Of a stretch of 64,000 nt of DNA, positions 44,776 to 53,415 are shown piece by piece. Below the pieces are notes generated by a model. That model was not told the origin of the DNA. It was given only the letters and a program-made list of their open reading frames with translations, and did no database searches. Position 1 is the first letter of the stretch. Every line of letters starts with the position of its first letter. Source of the stretch: a virus (taxonomy: Duplodnaviria; Caudoviricetes); the IMG/VR virus record IMGVR_UViG_3300045391_005020. The stretch is one strand, 5' to 3'. Both the position numbers and the translations under genes were made by a program.

Positions 44776-46623
44776 CTATTGGGCAGGAGGCGCTCCGCCA
44801 GCTGGCGGCGACGCCAGCATTTGCTGCTGACCCTGTGAGGCGGCCTGACCCCGGAGTTTTTCCATTTTGGAGGTGACCAGGGCATGCAGGTCCGGGCTCG
44901 ACTCGCGGATCGCTTTAAGCTGCTGCTTGCGATCGTATTCGGGCATCGAGACCAACTGACCCGCGATCTGGTCAGCCTGCTCGGACATACCGCGCAGGGT
45001 CGCGTCGCCCTGTCCGCCACCTGAGCCTGGGAGTCCGCCCATTCCGCCAGCCATGCCGGCGGCCTGGCCTCCGGCAGCTCCACCACCCTGGGCCGCTTGG
45101 GCCATCTGGGACGGGGTTGGGGCGCCGGCGAGAGCGCTGACCGCGCCCATTTCCTGGTCCTTCTGCTGCTGCTCTTCGTGCTCGCGTTGGACCTTCTGGA
45201 CGTGGTCCTGGTGCTTGAAGACCTTCTCGACTTCCTTCTCGGCGTCGACGCCGAAGGGTTCGAGGGCCGTCTGGGGAGAAATCTGGTTGGCAGCCATGAG
45301 CTGAGCCAGGACCTGCTTGCGAGCTTCGTCGTACGCGATCGTGGTGCGCTGCATCACGACGTTGGTTTCTTCGAGCCCGAAGTTGCGGGCCGTGACCTTG
45401 ACGATCCAGGCCAGGATCTGGTTGTAGAGAGCCGGGATCGACTGCCACGCGATCTCGAAGAGCTGCAACGCCATCGGGGCGGCCTGGGTGGTCAGCGACA
45501 TCGAGTGGTACTCGAGCGGGATACCGCATTGGTTCAGGAACTCTTGCTGACGGAACTTCAGCTTGTCGGCCGGCAGTAGGTTCTCGCCTTCGCCGCCCGC
45601 GAACTGGTAGTTCAGCGGATACGGAACTGTATGGATCGTGGTCGGATCCGAGCGGTGCGTCTTGATGATCTCGTTGACGCGACCGACGAAATTCTCCATC
45701 GAGTGCGTGATCATCGGATCACCGCCGCCGGGCGTTTGGGCCGGCGACAACATGCGCATGCCCAGCGTGTAATCCATCGCGATCGCCTGATCGGCGCGGT
45801 TGATGATCTGGGACAACCATGCGGCGCGGAAATTCGCGATCGAACGCGGAATACCCCAACCGCGCGTCTCCATGCCGGAGATGACGGTTTCGTCGAGATG
45901 GAAGATGTGCTCTTCGTCGAATTTCAGATCACCGTTGAGCGCGACCGCTTCCAGAATCTTGAGTGGAGTATCTTCGATGAAGATCGGGGCTTTCGACAGG
46001 ATGTCGCGGCGATCCGTCTGCGGGATCTTCCAGTAGATGTCCTTGCGCTGGCTGAACGGGTTCATCGCCAGCTGGACACTGAACGGGCTGTAGCGTTTCA
46101 ACCGGACCTTCGAGATATCCGGATCCTTGCGGTCCTTACACAGGAACGGACGAGAGTCGCCGCAGTGCGGGCAGTTGCGCCGGCGCTTCCACGTAACGCC
46201 TATGGTGGCGTCAAAGTCGATATCGTAGGGGGCGCGATTGATCGGCTCTTCGAAGCCGCAACCGCGACACACCATGGTGCGCTTGAACGGCAGGTAGAGG
46301 CTGACGAACAGATTGCCGTAGCACAGAAAATCATCAGCGCAGGCCTTGAGCTCGCGCCGGTAGTTCAGGTGCTTGAGGAACAGATCCTCGTAAGCGTTCT
46401 CTTCGTCGGTGTCGAGATCCGGAAACTGGACCGTGGTGATGAAATGATCGGCAACGCGCTGGAAGGCAGCCTTGAAGTTACCGTCGCTGAGCCACAGGTA
46501 CTGGGCCCACCAGAGAATCAGTTCGTGGTTATCCGGGACCGCGGTCGAACCATAGTCGAGCCACGGGAGCTCGACTGGCTTGCTCCCGGGGGAACGGACC
46601 AGGGACGGCGCTAACGTCGACAT
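44776..46623 (-). CDS. Portal protein
   Basis: 615 aa; DDFLCYGNLFVS...HIFHL...RGWGIP portal motifs; low-complexity C-terminus; first gene of the head module. Confidence 0.7.
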   Translation of the reverse strand: MSTLAPSLVRSPGSKPVELPWLDYGSTAVPDNHELILWWAQYLWLSDGNFKAAFQRVADHFITTVQFPDLDTDEENAYEDLFLKHLNYRRELKACADDFLCYGNLFVSLYLPFKRTMVCRGCGFEEPINRAPYDIDFDATIGVTWKRRRNCPHCGDSRPFLCKDRKDPDISKVRLKRYSPFSVQLAMNPFSQRKDIYWKIPQTDRRDILSKAPIFIEDTPLKILEAVALNGDLKFDEEHIFHLDETVISGMETRGWGIPRSIANFRAAWLSQIINRADQAIAMDYTLGMRMLSPAQTPGGGDPMITHSMENFVGRVNEIIKTHRSDPTTIHTVPYPLNYQFAGGEGENLLPADKLKFRQQEFLNQCGIPLEYHSMSLTTQAAPMALQLFEIAWQSIPALYNQILAWIVKVTARNFGLEETNVVMQRTTIAYDEARKQVLAQLMAANQISPQTALEPFGVDAEKEVEKVFKHQDHVQKVQREHEEQQQKDQEMGAVSALAGAPTPSQMAQAAQGGGAAGGQAAGMAGGMGGLPGSGGGQGDATLRGMSEQADQIAGQLVSMPEYDRKQQLKAIRESSPDLHALVTSKMEKLRGQAASQGQQQMLASPPAGGAPPAQ

Positions 46624-46627
46624 ATCG

Positions 46628-46810
46628 TTATGGTACTGCTAAATCGTTGTGTTGGTAGCAATAGGGTTGACTACCCGTTAAAAACTGTCGTATTTCAGAG
46701 ACTGACCTGGTGTCACGCCCCGGGATGACCGCGAAGACGCGGCTTCCGATCCGGACCACCTGGGCTTTGGACCCAAGTTCCGGAGCTGGCTGGCATTTAC
46801 CTGATGTCAT
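46628..46810 (-). CDS. Possible small protein (60 aa)
   Basis: ATG overlaps the upstream TGA (ATGA); MTSGKCQPAPELGSKAQVVRIG... Confidence 0.35.
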   Translation of the reverse strand: MTSGKCQPAPELGSKAQVVRIGSRVFAVIPGRDTRSVSEIRQFLTGSQPYCYQHNDLAVP

Positions 46811-47550
46811 TCCAGATCCTGCTGACTGACTTTGACCAGCACGACCCACAGGATGCCGCGGCACTCGAAGGTCCACTCGCCTGAAAGGACCCGGTACTGA
46901 TTGACCTCATCGGTCTTGGGGTCGGTGATCTTGACGTAGAACTCGGCATCGATGTCGGCCTGGGGTGGCTCAACGATCGCCGAGGCGTTGTCGGTGCTGT
47001 ATCCGATCGCGATCACCGATTCGCTGACAACGACTTCCTGACAGTAGGCCGTGATCTTCCCGAACGTCTTGCCGACGAACTGGACCTTGGTCGGCTTCTG
47101 GGCCGATACGGGTTTCACGACCTCTGGTTCGACCACAGGCTTGAGGGCCTTGGCCTTCTTGGCGACTTTCTCGATCACGGTCTGAAGCGACTCTGGCTTT
47201 TCCTCGGGCTCCTGCGGGATCAGGGTCGAGCGCGGCGCTTGCATGGTGTCGTTCGAAGTGGGGCGCGGCGCGAAGTTGTCACCCGGCTGAATTTTGGCGC
47301 TGGAGTGGATCGACGACATGCCACTCAATCCGGTCTCCTCGAGAGGACCCGGCATGATTCCGGTATCGGTGACGTCGACGCGTTGCACCATAATCGGCGA
47401 ATTGCGTTCGACGATGTTTGCGCGGGTCTTCTGGGTTTGATCCTGGTCGTCGGCCCGTTTGGCGCGTGCTCGGTCGCTTAGGACCGGGCTGCGCAGGTTG
47501 GACATTCCAGCGTAATTTTCTGTTGAGGCCTTGGGGTTCTGCTCGGCCAT
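46807..47550 (-). CDS. Hypothetical protein (disordered N-terminus, beta-barrel-like C-terminus)
   Basis: 247 aa; GGAG RBS. Confidence 0.6.
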   Translation of the reverse strand: MAEQNPKASTENYAGMSNLRSPVLSDRARAKRADDQDQTQKTRANIVERNSPIMVQRVDVTDTGIMPGPLEETGLSGMSSIHSSAKIQPGDNFAPRPTSNDTMQAPRSTLIPQEPEEKPESLQTVIEKVAKKAKALKPVVEPEVVKPVSAQKPTKVQFVGKTFGKITAYCQEVVVSESVIAIGYSTDNASAIVEPPQADIDAEFYVKITDPKTDEVNQYRVLSGEWTFECRGILWVVLVKVSQQDLE

Positions 47551-47605
47551 GCCGACACTCCGGACCCCCAGAATGACAGATTATTACGCCGAGTCAAATC
47601 TATTG

Positions 47606-50359
47606 TCACGCACTCAATATGGCCGAAACCGGGGCTGGCGTCGGCGCATTTGCGGCCTGTGCAGCGGCCAGGGCTTTCAGGCGCTTGCGGTGCGCACGCA
47701 GGATCACGCGGGCGCGGGCGCGATCGAGATCGCGATAGGGGGCGTTCTGCTTGAGCCCCATCGATCCGTACATTTGTTTGAGGACCTGATCAGGATCCTG
47801 CCAGGACGCGCCCTCGGGGAGCGCCAGATCTGCCGGGGCTTCGGCGGTGTTGAAGCTGAGATTGTAACCGTGCGCGCCGGGTTCGGCGACGCCTTCGGGC
47901 GGAACGTATCGGAGTGATGGCTCGTATGGGGCAGCCGTACCGTTGATTCCCTGCAAGGTCGGGAACCGGAAGCGGCGGTCCTTATCGGGACCGACCAAGA
48001 CTTTGCCTTCCGCATTGAAGTAAAGGTTTTCGGGGCGATCCAGATACGAAAGCGCGTCAGCGGTCTTCTCAGTCGGCTTCTCGATTCGGAGCAGCTTGGT
48101 GACGTGTTGAACAGTATTGGCGGGATCGCGGAAGAATTCGTCGACGTGATGGAATGGAATTCCCGCTGCCTCGGCGGCCTTGCCGTCGTGGTCGTGGGAG
48201 TCTCCGACCATGATGGTGCGCTTCGGATCCAGCCCGAACCGCTTCATTGCGAAGTGGAGCATGGTGGGCGCTGGCTTCAGGACGGATTCGTGCGGCACCG
48301 GCGTGTAAACCACGTCGTCGATGTGCCCGTCCATGAGACCGAGCGTCTCATGCTGGAGTTGGTGAACCATGTCGGGCGTAAGGCCCTTATGTGCACTATC
48401 GGCGTGAGTACTGTGATTCGTCACGCCGATGATGCGCAGTCCTGCAGCCTTCAACGGCTGCAGGGTTTCCTTTCGGTTCGGTAAAATGAACTGACTACCG
48501 ATATTTCGGTAACGACCATCCTCACTCCAGTCTCGTACGGTTCCGTCGAGATCGATTAGCACTGCGGGATCACTGCCCTGCAGGTCTGGCTCGTCTTCAG
48601 CCATTATCGTGGTGCGCGGCCCAGCAGTGATCTGGGCTTTTTCGCCGCGTGCAGCTTCCTCGGCGGGCGAACCCGCTCCGGTCTGCGATGCGACCTTGGC
48701 CAACGACGCATGAACGAGACACAGGCTACGTAGCCTGACATTCTCGTTCACCGCGGCGAGCTTCACGGGTTCCGTGTTGCCCTCCTCGGCGTTCTTTTCC
48801 GCCGCAACGATGCACTCCAGGCGCCGCGCGTTGGCCTCGCGTGCCCAAGCTTGTGCATCATCGTCTATGAGGGATTCCAGGAACTTCTTCGCTTCCGCGA
48901 ATCCGATCCGTTTGAATCCCTCGTTGTCGTCGTGCGTGGTGCCGAGCTCTCCCCCGTCAAGGGCACGGAAGAAGTGTGTGCGCTCGCCATCATACCCGTC
49001 GACCAGCTCTTTGCCTTTCGGCCAAACTGCCTCGACCACGCCAGCTGAGGCGAGGTTGAGTAATTTCCTATCTGCTTCCTCAACGGCTTCCCGGTACACT
49101 GCGCCTTCCGGAGTTTCGCCGTCGTCAATTCCACCACCAGGCATCAAGAGATATCCGTCTTTCTTGATGCCCAAAATTCCCTTGTCGTCGTAGATCACGA
49201 CTTCGCTGCGCGTGCGCAGCTTCGCCGCTTTCGCGGCCTGCTTGGTATCCGGTTCGACGCCCCACTCTTTCATGAGTGCGAGTGCCTGATCTTCCGTTTC
49301 GGTCTTACGACGCGCCATGTTCTGCAGGCGCTGTGTGTAGTTCAGCGCTTTAGTCGTCGCGTTGCGGGCGAGTTCGTGCTTGGCGGCCGTGACGATTGTC
49401 TGTGCGTGTTCGACGGCTGATTTCACGATCCGTCCGAGGCTGTAGCGATCTGGCGCTCCGCCCATTCCGGTCATGAGTTTCCGGTTGGAAGCCTTTCGGG
49501 GGTTTCCACCGGTCTGGGTTTGATGCTCGGGAACGTTTGTGGTTGGCCATGGATCCTTGGGATCTTCGGGTTTGCGGTCGACCGGCATTGTCTTGCAACC
49601 AGCCAGCTTGCCGTGACCAGACATCAGGGACTCGATCAGTTTCTTTTTGCGCGAGCGCTTCCAGAGAACGCCGGCCAAGAGCCCAACGGCGCCTCCGGCC
49701 GCAATACCAGCCAAGCCCCAGCGGCCCGCGTTTACCATCTGGGCGCGGTCGACGTTGAAGCCGAGCGGCATCCGGACGTTCTCGCCGCTTGGCGGAACCG
49801 CGCGGATTCCAATCGCGGAACCGAGGATGCCACCGAGTGTGCCCGCGAACTCAGCACCCATCAGGGGAGCGTTGCGGACGATCCCGTAACGGCGGGCTGC
49901 GTCTTCAACATTCTGGTTCTTCAGGCGTTCACGTAGTTGTGGGTTCGCGTTCTTGAGCGTCTGGAGCGCCAGATTGCGGCGACGCTTCTCGGTCAGGATG
50001 TCGACGGCTTCGAGACCGCCCGCGATCGCGCCTCCCCCGAGTGCGCCCATACCGGCGCCCGAGATGACGGCTCCGAGTGGATCGCGCTGCCCGCCGAAGA
50101 TCAGCCCGAACTTGGACCCAACCCCGAGACCACCGAATCGCGCACCCGCAGCCGCGCTCCCAAGGATGCGACCGAGCCGCGAGTGCTGCTGCTCCTGCCG
50201 GATCTTCGCCAACGAGTCGCGAGCTTCGACGATGTCGGCCGCCTGCTCGGTCGTGGGCTCATCCACGAGCGCACGGTTCGGCAGCACATCCTGGACTTTC
50301 TCGAGGGTGTTGACGAGCGGCGTGACGCCGGTCACGAGTGGCGAAATGGCTTCAGCCAT
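47606..50359 (-). CDS. Multidomain protein: Gly-rich membrane region + Nudix hydrolase + HAD-IIIA phosphatase + degenerate Nudix-like domain
   Basis: Nudix box GGIDDGETPEGAVYREAVEEA; HAD motifs IDLDGT, GVTN, KPAP, VGDSHDHD. Confidence 0.8.
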   Translation of the reverse strand: MAEAISPLVTGVTPLVNTLEKVQDVLPNRALVDEPTTEQAADIVEARDSLAKIRQEQQHSRLGRILGSAAAGARFGGLGVGSKFGLIFGGQRDPLGAVISGAGMGALGGGAIAGGLEAVDILTEKRRRNLALQTLKNANPQLRERLKNQNVEDAARRYGIVRNAPLMGAEFAGTLGGILGSAIGIRAVPPSGENVRMPLGFNVDRAQMVNAGRWGLAGIAAGGAVGLLAGVLWKRSRKKKLIESLMSGHGKLAGCKTMPVDRKPEDPKDPWPTTNVPEHQTQTGGNPRKASNRKLMTGMGGAPDRYSLGRIVKSAVEHAQTIVTAAKHELARNATTKALNYTQRLQNMARRKTETEDQALALMKEWGVEPDTKQAAKAAKLRTRSEVVIYDDKGILGIKKDGYLLMPGGGIDDGETPEGAVYREAVEEADRKLLNLASAGVVEAVWPKGKELVDGYDGERTHFFRALDGGELGTTHDDNEGFKRIGFAEAKKFLESLIDDDAQAWAREANARRLECIVAAEKNAEEGNTEPVKLAAVNENVRLRSLCLVHASLAKVASQTGAGSPAEEAARGEKAQITAGPRTTIMAEDEPDLQGSDPAVLIDLDGTVRDWSEDGRYRNIGSQFILPNRKETLQPLKAAGLRIIGVTNHSTHADSAHKGLTPDMVHQLQHETLGLMDGHIDDVVYTPVPHESVLKPAPTMLHFAMKRFGLDPKRTIMVGDSHDHDGKAAEAAGIPFHHVDEFFRDPANTVQHVTKLLRIEKPTEKTADALSYLDRPENLYFNAEGKVLVGPDKDRRFRFPTLQGINGTAAPYEPSLRYVPPEGVAEPGAHGYNLSFNTAEAPADLALPEGASWQDPDQVLKQMYGSMGLKQNAPYRDLDRARARVILRAHRKRLKALAAAQAANAPTPAPVSAILSA

Positions 50360-50362
50360 GGC

Positions 50363-50872
50363 TTATTTGGACAACGAATTCTTGGCGAGCGTGGAGGCCA
50401 TCTTGGATAGGCGGTTGGCGATCACGGCTTCGCTGTTGGTGAGTGGGTTCTGGGGCGCACCTGGGCGCTGAAGCGGTCCATTCTTCAGGACGTCCTTGGC
50501 GGTCGGCAGCGTCGGGGTCGCGGCCTGTGGCTGCTGCGGGACGCCGTTGGCGGCCGGCACCGGCGCGGTCTGGGTCGGCGCCGCCGGCTGATTGGTCGGC
50601 CGGGTGGGGGCCTGTTGGGCCTGCGGCTGCTGTCCGGCCGGAACGATCTTCGGGACCGGCGGGGCGCCCGGAATGAGCTGCTGGGTCACTTGCTGGACGG
50701 CCTGCTTGTACAGCCTGGCCTTCACCCGATCGCCCATACGAGCGTCGGCCTTCTTCGATAACCGCTCTGGCAGCTTCTTGTTAGGAGTTTCCGACTCCCA
50801 CTCCTTGCAGTTCCAGTTCGGATCCTTGGCTGCGTAGCACGCACGGCGCTGGGCCTGTGACTTGAACGGCAT
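50363..50872 (-). CDS. MPFKS-motif phage protein with Pro/Gln-rich tail
   Basis: MPFKSQAQRR...WESETP..LPE N-terminus; KKA/KQA/KMA motifs. Confidence 0.6.
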   Translation of the reverse strand: MPFKSQAQRRACYAAKDPNWNCKEWESETPNKKLPERLSKKADARMGDRVKARLYKQAVQQVTQQLIPGAPPVPKIVPAGQQPQAQQAPTRPTNQPAAPTQTAPVPAANGVPQQPQAATPTLPTAKDVLKNGPLQRPGAPQNPLTNSEAVIANRLSKMASTLAKNSLSK

Positions 50873-50938
50873 GACGGAACTCCGCTCCTAGCCTAACACT
50901 AGGACAATAAATTTCCATTCCGGACGCCCGGTGAACAA

Positions 50939-52807
50939 TTACGCCGAGGCGCCGACGATGGTCGGGTCGATGTAACAGTAGGCGTTCAGGGTGTACTTGT
51001 TGAACCCGATTCGGCACTGGACGTTCTCGGCCCGGAGCAGATCGAACACGACTTCCATGCGGCGGACCGTCAGGCCCGTGTCGTTGTTCCAGGTGCTGGA
51101 ATCCGAGACGATGTTGCCGTTCGAACGCGCCGTAATGGTCTTGGTCGCGGTGCCCGAAGCGGCGGCCGGGATCTCGATCTCGAGGCAGAGCTCGTTCGGG
51201 TTGAACTCTCCGTAGATCTTGTACGCGAAGTACATGGTAACGCGCTTGCGGCCGGTTGATGCGAACACAACGGGGATGCCGTTGAACGGGCGCGGCGCGC
51301 AGTACAGGAACGGGCCCGTGGTGTTCGCGACCTTTCCTTCTGCCTTGATCGAGTATGTGACCGCGGAACCGGTCCGGTACGCAGTCGAGATAGACATCTT
51401 GTTCGACAGGTTCTCGGCTCGCCACTGACCCGAGACCCCATTTTCGTTTCGGGCGTAGTACGTCGCGTACTCAGTCGAGCCGACGAAACTCAAGGTCGGG
51501 ATGATGTTGCAGTTGTCGATGAAGAAGCGCGCGTTGTTCGAAAGATCGATCGTGGTTGGACCGCTGTAGGTTCCGGACCCGACGTAGACGATCCCGTTGG
51601 CCGAGACTTCCGCGATCTTCGTACCTTTCGTGAGTGCGTGGGTCGGGACATAGATCTGTTCGTCGAACGTCAAGGTTCCCGAGTTGATCGTGTTGTTGTC
51701 CCACATTTCCACGACGTCGTACGACGCCGCAGTAGTTAAGAGACCGTCCCACGTGATGGTGCAGTCCTTGACGATGAAGTTGACACCGGCGAACAGGACC
51801 GGAACGGTGGCTGACGTGCTGGTCGTCGACTGCGTGATTGTGCAGGATCTGAAGATCAACCTCGTCGTGGTATTGCCCGAGAATAAGTGACCGGTGCCAG
51901 TGGTACCTGATGCTGTCAGCGTGAACGAACAGTTGATGAACGTCGTCAGGGTAGACGTAAAGGTAAAGACCGTTACGTTGCTATTCACTGGCGAATCAAG
52001 GGTGAAGGTGCAGTTTCGCCAGGTCGTGTTGGTCAGGGTCGAACACGTGAACAGAGTCGTATAAGTAGTCAGGTTCGCGTATTTGATCTGAAACGTGCAG
52101 TTGTCGATCAACCAGTCCGTCGACGTGGTGCCGGGTCCCAAGATCGCGTTACTGGAATTGTCCCACACCCTGATATCGGTGTTAACAAGAGTGAAGTTGT
52201 CGGTCGACGCCGAGGTCAAGATCGCTGAGTTGCCCGGTGCATGGATGATGCAGTCAGCCACAGTCGGACTGTTGGTTCCCACCTGGAGTGGAACTCGGTT
52301 GAGGTTCGCCGGCAGAGCGTCCGTGTAATCCGTCGCCTTGATGCGCAGGAAACATTTGCGGATCGTGGGGCGCGTTCCGGTTGCCTGGATAGTTCCTGAC
52401 GTGTTGGCGCCAGCAGTTGTGGTTGTCCGGATCTCGGCGCGTTCCAGAATGAAATCAGTTCCGGTGAAGATTGCGCCGGTGGTGTTGCTCGACATCAAGA
52501 GTGTCGCGTAGTCGGCCGAATCAGCGCCCCACGCGGTCATGACTTCCGCCGGGACAACATCAGCCATCATGTCGACTGACTTTGGGCAGCCCATCACGAT
52601 CACGTAGTTGTTGGCGTTCGAACCTACGGTCCACGACAGTTCGGAAGTAGAGCGGCGTACGATGTACGCCGTGTTGGCCGCCATGGCTGCAACGGTCGGC
52701 ATAGTGGTACGGGCGTTCGTCGGAGTAGAGCCGTCGCCAGTGCCGGTCGCGGTCGGGTCGACGTAGACCGCCGTGTAGGTCTGAAACTGGTAGGTGAACG
52801 TAGTCAT
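50939..52807 (-). CDS. Right-handed beta-helix tail spike/adhesin
   Basis: VYVDP...GDGSTP.NA N-terminus and a repeated (I/F)xNCTF ladder typical of pectate-lyase-like folds. Confidence 0.7.
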   Translation of the reverse strand: MTTFTYQFQTYTAVYVDPTATGTGDGSTPTNARTTMPTVAAMAANTAYIVRRSTSELSWTVGSNANNYVIVMGCPKSVDMMADVVPAEVMTAWGADSADYATLLMSSNTTGAIFTGTDFILERAEIRTTTTAGANTSGTIQATGTRPTIRKCFLRIKATDYTDALPANLNRVPLQVGTNSPTVADCIIHAPGNSAILTSASTDNFTLVNTDIRVWDNSSNAILGPGTTSTDWLIDNCTFQIKYANLTTYTTLFTCSTLTNTTWRNCTFTLDSPVNSNVTVFTFTSTLTTFINCSFTLTASGTTGTGHLFSGNTTTRLIFRSCTITQSTTSTSATVPVLFAGVNFIVKDCTITWDGLLTTAASYDVVEMWDNNTINSGTLTFDEQIYVPTHALTKGTKIAEVSANGIVYVGSGTYSGPTTIDLSNNARFFIDNCNIIPTLSFVGSTEYATYYARNENGVSGQWRAENLSNKMSISTAYRTGSAVTYSIKAEGKVANTTGPFLYCAPRPFNGIPVVFASTGRKRVTMYFAYKIYGEFNPNELCLEIEIPAAASGTATKTITARSNGNIVSDSSTWNNDTGLTVRRMEVVFDLLRAENVQCRIGFNKYTLNAYCYIDPTIVGASA

Positions 52808-52810
52808 CGG

Positions 52811-53071
52811 TTAGGCTCCGGGATAGCGCGAGAGCGGTTGGGAATTGAAAGGGGTCGCAGTGGCGAGTCGGGAAACCGGAAGCGTCCCGATCGGGCCCAG
52901 CGGGGTGTCGAAGTTGCCGTACCCGAACCCGCCGCCTGGCGTCTGGCTGGGCGACGGTGCAATGGTCGGATAACCGATGATCTGGCTGTCTGGAAAGCTT
53001 GAGCCGCCACCAGTCGTTGTGGTGGTGGTGTTTCCGTTCAGTGGTCCGGTGACGCGACGATTACGAAGCAT
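52811..53071 (-). CDS. Small fibre-associated protein
   Basis: 86 aa, coupled to both neighbours. Confidence 0.5.
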   Translation of the reverse strand: MLRNRRVTGPLNGNTTTTTTGGGSSFPDSQIIGYPTIAPSPSQTPGGGFGYGNFDTPLGPIGTLPVSRLATATPFNSQPLSRYPGA

Positions 53072-53406
53072 TAGCCAAGCCTGTTCACGTGGCCGCCGAC
53101 GTTGACGCCCGAGCTGGACGCATACGCGGCAATGACGCGCGAGTTCGTGATGGTCTTGCCGCCAACCACCAGGTAGTCGCCGGACTTCGCTGGAAGAGAA
53201 ACCACGATGCGATCGCTGGCAGCGGTGCCGCCGAATTCGATCGTGAGATCGACCGCAACCACGTTGGGGTTACAGGCCCACAGCCAAATCTCTTCTTTGA
53301 GGGTCGCGTGCGCGGTATGGATCGCGTTACCAGGCGAGGTCGTGTTGGTGATGGCGATCTGGGCCCCATTGGCGCCGTTGGACAGAAATTCTCTCGTGAC
53401 TGCCAT
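53071..53406 (-). CDS. Small virion structural protein
   Basis: LSNGANG..I...T...IHTA...EEIWLWA.N...LTIEFGG...GHVNR beta-sandwich type often found after phage fibres. Confidence 0.6.
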   Translation of the reverse strand: MAVTREFLSNGANGAQIAITNTTSPGNAIHTAHATLKEEIWLWACNPNVVAVDLTIEFGGTAASDRIVVSLPAKSGDYLVVGGKTITNSRVIAAYASSSGVNVGGHVNRLG

Positions 53407-53415
53407 AGATACCCC

